From the NCBI GenBank assembly GCA_021613535.1, contig CP075492.1:13268001-13332000 (forward strand): DNA of 64,000 bases, given 5' to 3'. The translations under genes and the position numbers were made by a program. Numbering within the stretch: position 1 is the first letter of the stretch; each line of letters opens with the position of its first letter. Origin of the DNA: Adineta vaga (Eukaryota > Animalia > Rotifera). Below are positions 25,601-38,324 of this stretch, piece by piece. The notes below the pieces were generated by a model that saw nothing but the letters and a program-made list of their open reading frames with translations, was not told the origin of the DNA and searched no databases.

Positions 25601-28600
25601 TCACTCATACGAATAATATAGACATATAATATGTATAGATGCACAATCCCAACAATGTGTATATCGATAGGTGGATATCAAATGGTTAATCCTACGACAC
25701 AAATTGGTTTAACATCATTTTGTATTGATAATTGTAACAATTTCACTTCATCGATCAGTATTGAATGGAATATTTATTATGGTACAATCAATCAAACAAA
25801 TAATACTGTTCAGTGGATAAAATTTCAAAATAAAACACAATATATTAATACTTTGTTTTTCGGTAAGCAACAATAAAGTTTTATTTATGTAAATAATAAT
25901 TCAAATCTAGGAATGTATTCAAATAATTTCACTGCAATCAAAGATCTGCTTCTTATATATTCATCAATCAAATATTGGCGATTTGAAGTTATTTATACGA
26001 GTGAATCAGCAAAAAGTATTGGTTTGATTGATTTTCTCATTAATTCACCACCAAGCAATGGAAATTGCTCGATATATCCTTTGAATGGAACTATAACTAC
26101 TTTATTTACTATCGACTGTTTCAATTGGTTTGATTCCGATGGAATCAAAGATTATAGCTACTATAGTATGATACTACTTTTATTTACAGAAACTTTCATT
26201 CTTATTGATCTTTTTTCCAGCATGGACAACTAATCGATCTAATCGTCTAATGCTTGGATATGGCAGTTCAAGTAGTTTTCGAGTTCGTATGCCTATGGGT
26301 CATCACCACCATTCATTCTCATTACAAGTAACTGTACGTCTTCATGATTCATTCGATTGCATTACAGAATTCGATTTGTCACCTATTACTGTCATACCTG
26401 ATTTGGATAATATGAATTCTTTGATACAAGCAATTACATTATCTGATTCTCTCAATGAGATAACATCCAATCCAATTGTGCATATTTTGTATGGTGGTAA
26501 TCAAAATGATGTTTGTCAAATTTTGACATCTGTTAGTCAGTTATTGAATATATTTGCCAATGAAAATCTACAATTAGCAATTCAAAGTATGTTTTATTGT
26601 CTTTAACTTGAAAAATGAATCATATTTCTAGCTTGTTTTTTTTCCGAAGATAACATATCTGCTGTGCGTATTTCCATTGCATCATTGAACGAAAACGATT
26701 CACAAGTAAGAGTATGATAACAACGTTCTTTTACTAGTTATCTATCTTCGTCAATAGTTTAATAATCAATCAAATATATCATTCAATTTCACTTCATTCA
26801 AACATCAGTTGAATACATTTGCCAGTGTTCAAGAATATTTAATGGTATTTATTAACAATTTAACTATAACAACAACCGATAGTATCCTATTACAAGCATC
26901 AGCATTATCTCAATTAACTACTACAACCAATCAACTTACACGAAATGCATTAGTAAGATGTTTAAATATGTTATTTTTATCGACTGATTGAATCTTTGTA
27001 GATCATTGCATCAACAAGATGTTTACAATTATCGGATGTGTTGTTGACAAATACTGAAAGAATTCGATATGAAGATCTACAAACAGCAGCTGAATACATC
27101 GCACAATGTGCTAGCAATGTTTTAACTGTAATGTTTTACTGGATGATTGATTTTTGAAGATTTATCATTGTTCGATTTTAATTTAGGCTGTCAATGTACT
27201 ATTGTATCAGCGAACTATTGTTCTTGATCTGGATATCAATCGAGCTAATAGTTTTCCAACTGATTACGATACAGATCTTGCATTTGTATGGTCTAATCCT
27301 AGTAAAATGATTTTTTTAATCATATCCTTTGTTGATTGAATCCATCTTTATCTAGATTTATTTGCGAATGGTGATGATTTTTCTGAAGAAACGATTAACT
27401 ATAATCGAAATCTTTACTATCAAAAAGAATTGGTAAAAATCGAAAACGATTCTTACCTTTTGTTTTATTGATTATTTCTAGGCTAATATTATCAAAAAAC
27501 AATTTGAAGAAACATTGTCCATAATTACAACTGCACTTTCTATTCATCAGAATATCGGACAATCTAATTTAATGAATACATCTTCAATTATTATGACATT
27601 GAAAAAATTACCAAGTAATTCCACACTCAATCAAACAATTCAATTAAATGACATATCTCATATTCAATTTCCTAATAATCTTTATCTTAATTCTACAATT
27701 TCAATTCGCGTAAGATTCTATTTTTGTATTCATTGAAAACATATACTTTATTGATATTTCAGTGTATTCAAACACCTCTATCCATAGCTGGTGATCAAAT
27801 ACAATCAATCATGAATCTTTCGAATACATTATTTATTACTATTTTTGATGAAAATGGAGAAGAAATACCAATCAATACGAGTACAACTAACAAAACGATT
27901 GAATTGTTCATTCCACGTGATAGAAATATGATCGTTCCATTGATGACATTACAAAATGTTACATCATTAGTTGATAAACTTTCACTTAACAATCATCAAT
28001 TTAATCTTCATTTCATAAATATTAGTCAAACTAATCCGAATCTTTCGATCTCAATTCATTTCGAAATATTTCCATTGAATACATCTCTTGGTTATATGTT
28101 AATCTATAAATTTGATCAAATTCCTCAATTGAATAGTTCATTAATCTTTATTGATGATTGGTCAATGTTATGTCCAAGAAGTAAGATCATCTATGAGTCA
28201 GTAGTCATTTGTTTTTCCTTGGGAACATTTACTTGTAGATTTAAATAATGATAGTACTTTTACATATTTTATTGATAATCAAAAATCAATTGGTCATGAG
28301 TCAGTTATATTCGGTATTCGTGAATTGAATTCAACTGAATTCGAAATGTATTGTGTGAATACGTCAAAGAATATTCTTATCAACAATCGACTTCTAAATT
28401 TTACATCAAATTATGCAGTTCGAATATTTACATCGGGATGTTATTATCTTGATTCGAATAATAATTGGCAATCCGATGGTCTTACAGTAAGTGTAAAAGA
28501 AAATGATCGTTTTGATTGAATGCAGTATGTATATTTAGTATGAACTATCTCTTATTATTTTAAGGTTGGCTCTTTGACAGATCATTTTCGAACGCAATGC

Positions 28601-31600
28601 TATTCAACTCACTTGTCAACATTTGCAGGTGGATTTATTGTTCTTCCTAAACCGATTAATTGGAATTATGTCTTTGCAAATGCTGATTTTGTTAAAAATA
28701 AAACCATTTATTTGACGATTATCGTTGTCGTCGTACTTTTGATTATTCTCTCGGTCTATGCTCGGTATCTCGATAACAAAGATAAACAACAGGTTTGATG
28801 AGGAAATCTTATTTTTGCTTTCATATTAATTTGAATGTTTAGTTTGGAACGACTATTTTACCAAACAAACAACAAAACAATCAATATTTCTATCAAATGG
28901 TTGTATTTACAGGTGTTCGAGGACATGCTGGAACTACTGCTAAGGTAAATAATACGATTAATAACAATACGTTCAATCGATGGTATTCTCTTTTTTATTT
29001 TTTTTATCTAGGTTCATTTTATCCTATCGGGTGATGACTATGAAACCGATCCTTACACGCTTATGGATAGTAAACGCAAAATTTTACAACGTGGATCAAT
29101 TGATTCATTTATATTCGGTGTTCCAAAGTACAGTAGCTACAATTCGATTTTGTTATCTTCTATGAATTTCATTTTTTCTAAATAGATCATTAGGATTGTT
29201 GAATTATTTACGTATTTGGCATAATAATTCCGGTAAACATTCATCACCATCATGGTTTCTCAAGTATATTATTGTTCGGGATTTACAAACTATGGAAAAG
29301 TCTTATTTTATCTGTCAACAATGGTTAGCAGTTGATAAAGGCGATGGAAAAGTAAATGTTTAAATTTCATTCAAAACTCTTGTTTTTTTCAAATGTTATC
29401 TCTTGATATAGATTGAACGTGTTCTTCCTGTTTCGAATTATCAACAAATGCGAACATTAGTTTATTCACTATCACACAAAGCGTATCATCGTTTATCTGA
29501 TGATCATCTCTGGTTTTCAATCTTTTCTCGGCCACCTGCTACGTATTTTACTCGTGTTCAACGATGTATTTGTTGTTTTGTATTGTTATTCACCGTTATG
29601 TTACTCGATATTTTATATTATCAACATGAAGAAGAAAAAAGTCACGAACCAATAACTAATCTATTTTCAATTGGTCCATTTCATTTTACTAAGCAACAGG
29701 TTAGATTACTTGTACTTTATTTAATCTTTTTTTTTAAACTTTTTTTACTTTAGATTATTATTGGTATCATTACTGATGTTCTCATCTTTATTCCAAGTAC
29801 ATTATTAGTTACATTCTTTCGCCGTATTCAACAACGTCGTTCGACGAATCATATTTCGTCTGTTCTTGATATCATTTCCAAATCATCAACTAATCAAACA
29901 TTTGTTGGAAATATAGAAACGACAAATTTTAAGGATGCACATTCAAAAAAGAAAAAGAAAACAAGACGATTTGTTTTTCCATGGTGGTGTTTGTTTATTG
30001 CTTATGGTTTTTCATTTGTTTTGATTGCCATTTCCATTTTGTTAATTATTGCACGAGGTATTGAATTTGGTGATGTTAAAATTCAAAAATGGCTTGCATC
30101 ATTAACTATTGGATTTTTTTCATCGGTTTTACTCTCTCAACCAGTTAAAGTGAGATTTGTATAGAATAATATTTCTTGTTTTTATACTTGTACATTGAAT
30201 AGGTCTTAAGTGTTGCTGTCTTTTTTGTCACAATCAATCGTTGTTCAAAGAATGAAGAACGACCAAAAGATTTTATCGATGAAAATGAAGAGTTTTATCT
30301 GAATGGTGGTGATGATAAAGATCTACAGGCGATCAAAGTTTGTTTGTTTTTCTGTACCTTTAATTTTACGTTCACATTACATTTTTAGAATGATGCTTCG
30401 AATACAGTTGAAACTTTACCAAAAGTTCGTCATCTAAGTAAAACGAAAGTTGCTAAAGCACGAACAAATCGATTGCGAGAAATTCAAATGTGGTCTTCGA
30501 TTCGAGAATTATTTGTTTTTAGTTGCTATTTATCCATACTTTATGCTATTACATATGCAGATCGAAATCCATATTCTCAAGCACAAGTTCATCATTTGAA
30601 GAGTTTTTTCCTCAATTTACATAGTTCGACTCAAAGCTATGTAGAGGTCTGATTAGAATCTTCTATTACTTGTCTTTCCTAGAATATTATTTTAATAGAT
30701 ATTAACAGTTGATGATTATTGGAAATGGTTAGAATACAGTTTTGTCTTGAATATTCGAGCACAATCATGGTATAATGGAGATTCACCTCATCATCTGACA
30801 GGATTTATTAATGATAAAGTAAATCGATTAATTGGTTGGCCAGTAATACGTCAACTACGTATTAAATCAGGTTTGTCTATTCCAAAATTCTATTTGCTAT
30901 CCTATTCATTATCTAATTGTAAATAGATTCCAAATGTCGAGTACCAAATGCAATAGGTAAAATAGTTTCCAAATGTATTGGTGAATATAGTTCTTCAAAT
31001 GAAGATCATCAATCGTGGCATCCCGGATGGAACTCTATGAATGATAATCAATCTTCTTATTCATTATCTATTCGAAGTGCATTTCGTTATCAAACAAATG
31101 ATCATCTTGATTCATATGTATTAAATGGTTTATGGAATCGTTACGACACTGGTGGTTATGTTTATGAATTTCGTGGCCATCTAAATGAAATTCAAACAAA
31201 TATAAGCAAACTTCGAAATCTATCATGGATTGATGCATCCACACGTGTTATTATTATTCAATTGACATTGTATAATCCTAATGTTCATTTATTTACATCA
31301 ATTACGTTTCTTACTGAATTTCTATCGACAAGTGGTGTTTTTCCTCAATTTCATTTTCAACCAATTGATCTACAAGATAATCAATTTCAAGGAATATCAT
31401 CGATTATTCAACTGATTGGAAGAATTATTTATATGATATTTATTATTTACTTTACATACAGTGAGATCCGTTTATTTAGGAAATTAAAGACGAAATATTT
31501 TTATTCATTTTGGTCTTTAATTCAATGTTGTATAATAATTTGTTCATGGATTGGTTTAGGTATTTATATTTGGCGTTTATATCAAATATCACAATTAAAA

Positions 31601-32431
31601 GAATTTCTTCATCAAACAAATGGTTATCAATATTTTAATATTCAATTTATTGTTTATATTGATCAAATTTTATTATTTTGTTTGTCTTTTTCATGTTTTT
31701 TTAGTACAATAAGATATCTCTCATTACTTCATTCTAATCCTCGTTTATCTCAATTTATGAATACATTAAAATATATTCGAAAAGATTTATTTTATTTCAC
31801 ATGGATTTTTCTTATTATTTATGTTGCATTTATTTCATTATTTTATTTGTTATTTCATTCGAAAATTTCATCCTGTTCAGATGTATTTCATACGAGTGAA
31901 ATGCTATTTGAAATATTATTATTGAAATTTGATAGTCAAGATCTATATCAAGCAGAATCCATTCTTGGACCATTGATATTTTCATTATTTATTTATTTTG
32001 CAGTTTTTATTTGTTGTACAATGATGATTTCAATTATTAACAGTGGTTTTCGTCATATTCGATCGATTGATAGAGCAAAGTCGAATGATAATGAAGACAT
32101 TCTTTTATTTTTATTCAAACAAATAAAACACAGTTTGGGTAAATAGAAAAAGTATTTAATTTCATAGAAATTGCATGATTTTTCTATGTAGGTTTTCGAA
32201 GAAAAAGTGAAATAAAGTTGAAAGAAAGTGAAAATTTAGAAAACAAGAATGTGATGGATGAATTAGCCGATAAAATTGATGAACTAGATATGATAATAGA
32301 TAAAGTATGTTTTATGTTGATATTGCGTTACTATAACAAATATAATTTAGTTGCAAATAGTTTCTTCGAATGCGTTGCGAACAACAAGAACTTGCGTGAA
32401 TAGTGATGTCTATATTGAAGATATTGAATGA
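22692..32431 (+). CDS. Polycystin-1-like protein: signal peptide, NHL propeller, Thr-rich stalk, REJ, GPS, PLAT, polycystin channel domain
   Basis: NHL repeats (LYIADYNNHRIQMW, LYVCDNGNNRIQKF); GPS (GCYYLDSNNNWQSDG...TQCYSTHLSTFAGG); PLAT (LRIWHNNSGKHSSPSWFLKYIIV); HLWFSIFSRPP; WIDASTRVIIIQLTLYNPNVHLF. Exons join in frame. Confidence 0.85.
24158..24362 (+). repeat. Coding 33-bp (11-aa) tandem repeat in the mucin-like stalk
   Basis: caaccatctacaaaa at 24182, 24281 and 24347 (spacing 99 and 66). Peptide units resemble TSQQPSTKMDV. Confidence 0.8.
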
Positions 32432-32607
32432 TTGACAACTATGATATCTATTGTATAAATAGAGAATTGCATGGGATTTCATTTGTTTTTTTTTGAATAA
32501 ATAAATTTTCTATGTACTGTATTTTGTAAATGATTTCTAACTGACATGATAAATATTATATACATTTTCTCATATTGGATTTATTTGGAAATGTTTATAA
32601 GAAGTAT

Positions 32608-33543
32608 CTATATACATTCAGCATTCATAATTGGTACAACGCGTGCCTTTATTTTATTAAAAGTTTTTCTCCAAGTTTTTAAAAATCGTACATCAAGTGC
32701 TGTAATAATCATTGGATCAGATGCTAATTCAACATAATTCAATAGTTGAGAGATTGCACCGACCATACTCGATACATAGGTATATTGAGATACAATAACA
32801 TGTGGTGACCATAATAAAAGCCATACACTATAAAATATAAATGATTGTAAGACTAATGATCGATGATGTTTAAGACGAGAATCAGCTATTGTTTGATTAT
32901 GTATTGCTGCAGCTGTCAGACGAACATGCCGAAGACTAAAACACAAGTAGATAAGTGTTAAACAAACAGGAAATGCATAACCAAAGATTGTATTGAATAT
33001 ACGTGTACCAATTGACAAAAAATCTAAATCACAAGAACCACCGAGTCGATAATATGAAACAGCCCAACCAACTTGTATTTCGATAATTAGAACGACTAAA
33101 GGAATGAGATAAATCATGATATGCGCTGCTAACATCAAACGACGATGTGATGTATAAATATCGGCACCACCACGTGTTATTTGATAATGACGACAAATAT
33201 TTAATGCCAGTAATACATAGCCTTGAAGAAAGTTTAAATAAATATCTCCAACACTTTCAAAATAACACACAAATATTCGAAGACCAATAGATACACATGC
33301 TGATGAAGTACGAAGACTATATAAGATAAAGAATCGAATTAAAAGTAGAAGATCAACAACTAAAAAAGCATAAACCCATTGTAATGATTCCCATTGTCGT
33401 AAAGAAGAATAAGTAAAAATTGATAACCAAAATATGGAATGTAATATTGTTGCTATGATACAGACGTAAAATGAAGGTTCAATAGCATCAGTATCATTTG
33501 CTGACCATGATAATGGAACACATGATGATGCATTGTTGTACAT
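32608..33543 (-). CDS. Intronless rhodopsin-like 7TM receptor (orphan GPCR)
   Basis: 311 aa with seven hydrophobic segments; LLALNICRH (DRY-equivalent), WLLLWSPH (TM6), SDPMII (TM7), N-terminal N-glycosylation sequons. Confidence 0.8.
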   Translation of the reverse strand: MYNNASSCVPLSWSANDTDAIEPSFYVCIIATILHSIFWLSIFTYSSLRQWESLQWVYAFLVVDLLLLIRFFILYSLRTSSACVSIGLRIFVCYFESVGDIYLNFLQGYVLLALNICRHYQITRGGADIYTSHRRLMLAAHIMIYLIPLVVLIIEIQVGWAVSYYRLGGSCDLDFLSIGTRIFNTIFGYAFPVCLTLIYLCFSLRHVRLTAAAIHNQTIADSRLKHHRSLVLQSFIFYSVWLLLWSPHVIVSQYTYVSSMVGAISQLLNYVELASDPMIITALDVRFLKTWRKTFNKIKARVVPIMNAECI

Positions 33544-33789
33544 TTAGCTTTTCAAGTGAAATCTTTCCTTTCTAAACGTATATCAACATGTTACAATAGA
33601 ATATTTTCTCAACAAGAAGAAAATGGTAATGATGAGCTTTATATTCTCGCTGACTTATGTAGTTAAAAAGAGAACTCAACTGAATATAAAAACCGAAAAA
33701 ACTTCCTGTCAACTCATTACGCATGAATTAAATAGTATTTCCAACTGTGAAAAATCCTGATGAAAATATCTACTGAAAATCTGAATGTC

Positions 33790-35199
33790 GTAAGGTGCAG
33801 GAAATGCAAAATTACAGTGGATTTTTTTCCTCGTTTGTTTATATATGGGTTCATAGAGAATGAAACGCTGATCACGAATATATATAAATTGTTTCGATCT
33901 GATCGCTGTTTGACTGAGAAAAACGCTAAATACCTTCAATGACTAAAAATGTCATATATCTTGCTTCCTTTACAGAAACTGTTCAACTATGAGAACAATT
34001 ATCACGTTAAATATTTTTAAATATCATATTCTGAATCAGCATGAAAAACTGAATCAGAGAATGCTATTTGATCAGATTCAAAACCAAAACAATTTTAAAA
34101 ATTCTGTGTAACATTCATACCCTCATATGCGAAAAAAGTACATATCCGTGACAAATCGTATAAGTCTATCTAGTTCTTTCTTTTAAGAGATAGAATCAAC
34201 TGTCATATCTCATTCGAACCGCCAGAACGTGGGCTACAAAAGTACTTATTTAGTTTTTTTAAATTTTGTTTTATTGTTGACAAAATTGAATTTTTTCTTC
34301 TGTTGAATACTAATATTAGCCAAATCCATGAAAAATGAGTTTGTTTTAAGCAGTTTTATAACTATAATTCATTTAACAGCAAAATGAATTTCATATTCGG
34401 AATCACCATAAAAAACTATATCGAATAATATAGATTTCATTAGTTTTTATTTCCTATGAAAAATCGACCCTGGGGGACCACAGGCAAAATTTTACAAAAA
34501 AAACGTGAGGGGGGCCACGGATGAATTTTGGGTCAGAAACAGTTTTTACTAAAAGGTGTGTTATTCAATGTAGTTTTTTGTGGTGATTCCGAATATGAAA
34601 TTCATTTTGCTGTTAAATGAATTATAGTTATAAAAACTGCTTAAAACAAACTCATTTTTCATGGATTTGGCTAATATTAGTATTCAACAGAAGAAAAAAT
34701 TCAATTTTGTCAACAATAAAACAAAATTTAAAAAAACTAAATAAGTACTTTTGTAGCCCACGTTCTGGCGGTTCGAATGAGATATGACAGTTGATTCTAT
34801 CTCTTAAAAGAAAGAACTAGATAGACTTATACGATTTGTCACGGATATGTACTTTTTTCGCATATGAGGGTATGAATGTTACACAGAATTTTTAAAATTG
34901 TTTTGGTTTTGAATCTGATCAAATAGCATTCTCTGATTCAGTTTTTCATGCTGATTCAGAATATGATATTTAAAAATATTTAACGTGATAATTGTTCTCA
35001 TAGTTGAACAGTTTCTGTAAAGGAAGCAAGATATATGACATTTTTAGTCATTGAAGGTATTTAGCGTTTTTCTCAGTCAAACAGCGATCAGATCGAAACA
35101 ATTTATATATATTCGTGATCAGCGTTTCATTCTCTATGACCCATATATAAACAAACAAGGAAAAAAATCCACTGTAATTTTGCATTTCCTGCACCTTAC
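33790..35199. mobile_element. Non-coding foldback/MITE-like element: 639-bp inverted arms with 132-bp spacer
   Basis: Left arm 33790-34428 (gtaaggtgcaggaaatgc...) is the reverse complement of 34561-35199 (...gcatttcctgcaccttac). Possible TA target duplication around AGGTG...CACCT. No transposase ORF. Confidence 0.85.
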
Positions 35200-35938
35200 T
35201 TTAAATTGAATGATTCAAAACATTGTAGAATGTTGCTTATTATCTAAAAGTATGACTATTATATATTATTCAGTGATAGAACTGTGCAAAAGATTTTATT
35301 TATTAGGAGACTTTGTACTGAAAAGTTCAATGGAACTTTGATGAGTCCAATAGAAGAAAAAATATAGGAAATAAATCTAATAAATTAAACAACGGAACAA
35401 GATTTTAACTTAACTTATTGAAATCCATTTTTCTAGATTATAGACTTGAAATTTTGAACGTGTCCTACCATGGATATGTCAATAGTTTAAGAAAAAAAAC
35501 AAAATGTACTGTGTTTCAGAAATTGTTAACTCAAATATAAAATCTTGAATGTTAAAATACACTTTTAGTCTATATGAATTAAGTTTCATCGAATATTGAT
35601 GTCACTGATAACGATGATTCTATCATAATATATTGATGAAGAGCTAAAAACTATCCTCATATGTGTTATTAATATTTCATAGACTTTCTATACAAAGAAA
35701 GATGCGACGCAGTTTAATTTGCAATTCACTCTATAAATGGCTCAAATGAAATAGTAGGAATTTTACTTACGTCTGTTCATCAAATTGACTTCTGTTTCAA
35801 CTGGAACAAAGATTTTATTTGCAGATGCTATACAATAGTAAAAAAAGGAAAGAAAAAGAAATGTAATATGATCGAATTGAAGTATGATATAACTCAAATA
35901 CGAGATAGTGTCTAATTTGATTGTAAATGAAAATTATT

Positions 35939-36866
35939 CTAGGAAGATTTTGTATTTTTTGACTTTGAGGAAGAAAAAACTTTTCGGAAGATTAAAATTG
36001 CCCAATAAATATTCAATGCACGTGTTAATATACATAATCCAGCTTGCGTTAATCCAATAACAATGCTTAAATAATCACTTGTATTTATTGCCATTAGAAG
36101 AAATGAAGGTGCAGCTCGAAAAGCATATCCAGTAATAATTGATCCATAGATTAATCGACTTAGAAAGAAACTTAATATAAATAAATATCCAAAAAAGTCA
36201 TGTAAACGAGGACGATGATGATAGATCGCTTTGAGATTCAATGGAATTGTAGATGCTTCTTCCATCAGTAAATAGAAATGACATGGATGACAAATACGAT
36301 ATTTTATACCTAAATAGAATAAAGATTAACAAAAAAGAAATACATCGATAAATTATATATATATATATATATATATTATCACTAACCGGAAGACAATCCA
36401 AGCAAAACAATGATATGATGAACTAATGCTGTTGTGCTTCGTACTGATTTATCAGTTAACATCAGTAAAAAATCATAGATAAAGTATCCTAGTGAATACG
36501 ATATACTATAAATCATAATTTCATCACCGGTTCCATAAACTCCTCCACCAGCAATTCGATTAATTTGCCTTAAATTCACTGAATAACATGCAAAAAAGTT
36601 CACGACACTACCGACACATATAATTGCATGCAATGTTGATACGAGATAACTTTTAGTCAATGCTTTTAATGTATTTGGTAATAAAACAAAAAATAGAATA
36701 TGAATCAATGTTGAAAGAATGACCATAGAAATGATTGGTACATCTGATGACGGAGTATTGCCATGATCTACAGTTGATTTTAAATAGAAAATAATAAAGA
36801 TCTAGTCTTGCCAGTTTTCTTATACGTAAACTTACATTCAAATCGAACATGATTGTCAATCGTCAT
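35939..36866 (-). CDS. TLC (TRAM-LAG1-CLN8) domain membrane protein
   Basis: Three exons. LVSTLHA, SLGYFIYDF, LVHH, LLMEEASTIPLN, FFLSRL and LNIYW are TLC-family motifs. Confidence 0.8.
36354..36376. repeat. (TA)n microsatellite in TLC gene intron
   Basis: Perfect dinucleotide run. Confidence 0.85.
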
Positions 36867-37537
36867 CGATGATAATGATACGATAAAAATCTGTTCTCAC
36901 GGTCTATTAGTAATGAAATGGGAGAGTGAGGGAGAAAAAAAAGGACGCATTTTGTCATTATGAATAATTTTATACACGTGCATCCGAAATTGAAAATGAT
37001 GTGTCGGAGGAAGGGAGAGAAAATGAGGTTGAAAGAAAAAAAGAATTGATCAAATTCTTCCCTTTAGTTTCTTTTTTTGTAATACGATATTGATATGGGA
37101 GAATATGTTAAATTGATTTCCATTTACAAGCACTCGAGTAATGCAGGAAGGGGAAGATTTCAAAATATTCATATATATTTATCGATTAATAACAACACGG
37201 GTTAGAAAGGAATTTGAAATATTCGATGATTAAATATGAAAAGATTCTGATTGACGAACAAGTAAACTTTCATCAAAATCAAAACAATGTATTTTCAAAT
37301 CAAGTTTTTATTATACTCCCATTGTCATTAGACTTTCTGTGAGGTCATGTTAGTCTCAAACCTAAATGCGGTATATTTTTGAGAAAATTACTACGCGTTT
37401 TTCGTTCGTTTTTTTGATTGGATAGAAACGACAAAAAAAACAAAGTGTGTCACAGTCGTCCTTGATAAAAATTCGCAGAAACGAACATTGTTTTTTGTTA
37501 GGGGCACTTCACTAATCGAATTCATACAAATAAAACC

Positions 37538-38026
37538 ATGTTTTATTTCGAAGAATTACCTGATGAAATTTTGTTGGATTTATTTGAAAATTATATTCGT
37601 TTGATTGATGTTTATCTTGGATTTTATTTAACTCATAATCATCGTATAGTAACAATATTAAAATCAGCTCGTTTTTGTATTGATATACCTTCAAAAGATA
37701 TATATCATGCTGTTTCAATTGCTCAATTCGGATCACAAATTATATCCTTAAATTTATCCGTATTTTGCAAAGATTTAGATTTATCAAAACTAGTCAATCT
37801 TCAATTTTTATGTATTAAAAAACCAACACAAACACAACTTCTATCAATTGAACCGAAAGTATTGCCAAATCTTCAGACTCTATCTCTGTATCCATGTTGG
37901 TATCATATGAACGAATTACCAGATCATTTAATTCATATGGAAACATCATGTTCTTTTCAACATCTACGTCGTTGTGTTTTACCTGATAAAAAAATCCTTC
38001 GTTTTCCATTGAAATGGCAAAGCTAA
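37538..38026 (+). CDS. Short F-box-like/LRR orphan protein
   Basis: N-terminal FEELPDEILLDLFENYI (F-box-like), followed by LxxLxL repeats. Confidence 0.65.
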   Translation: MFYFEELPDEILLDLFENYIRLIDVYLGFYLTHNHRIVTILKSARFCIDIPSKDIYHAVSIAQFGSQIISLNLSVFCKDLDLSKLVNLQFLCIKKPTQTQLLSIEPKVLPNLQTLSLYPCWYHMNELPDHLIHMETSCSFQHLRRCVLPDKKILRFPLKWQS

Positions 38027-38324
38027 TGATTCAAAAAGATTGTGAATTACACAATAGATACAATCTGTTTCCTTTTTTTCCTGTGCTCAACAAAAGAATA
38101 AAGAAGACAAAAAAAACAAAATGACAAAATGAATGTTGTGTCTTTCTTTAAACAATAAACAAACAAACAGACAAATATTTTCTTTCTCACAATGTAAAAA
38201 ACCGCGAAGTTGAAGATATGTGACATTCAATATCTAACTTGGTTTTTCTTTACAAACTAATAACGGGAGACAAGAAGGAACAAATGATATGATACAAAGA
38301 GAAGAAGAAGAAAGAAAGAATGTT

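Noticed and set aside
33709-33942. Two short ORFs overlapping the palindrome left arm
   Set aside because: No transposase or other motif; chance ORFs in a repeat.
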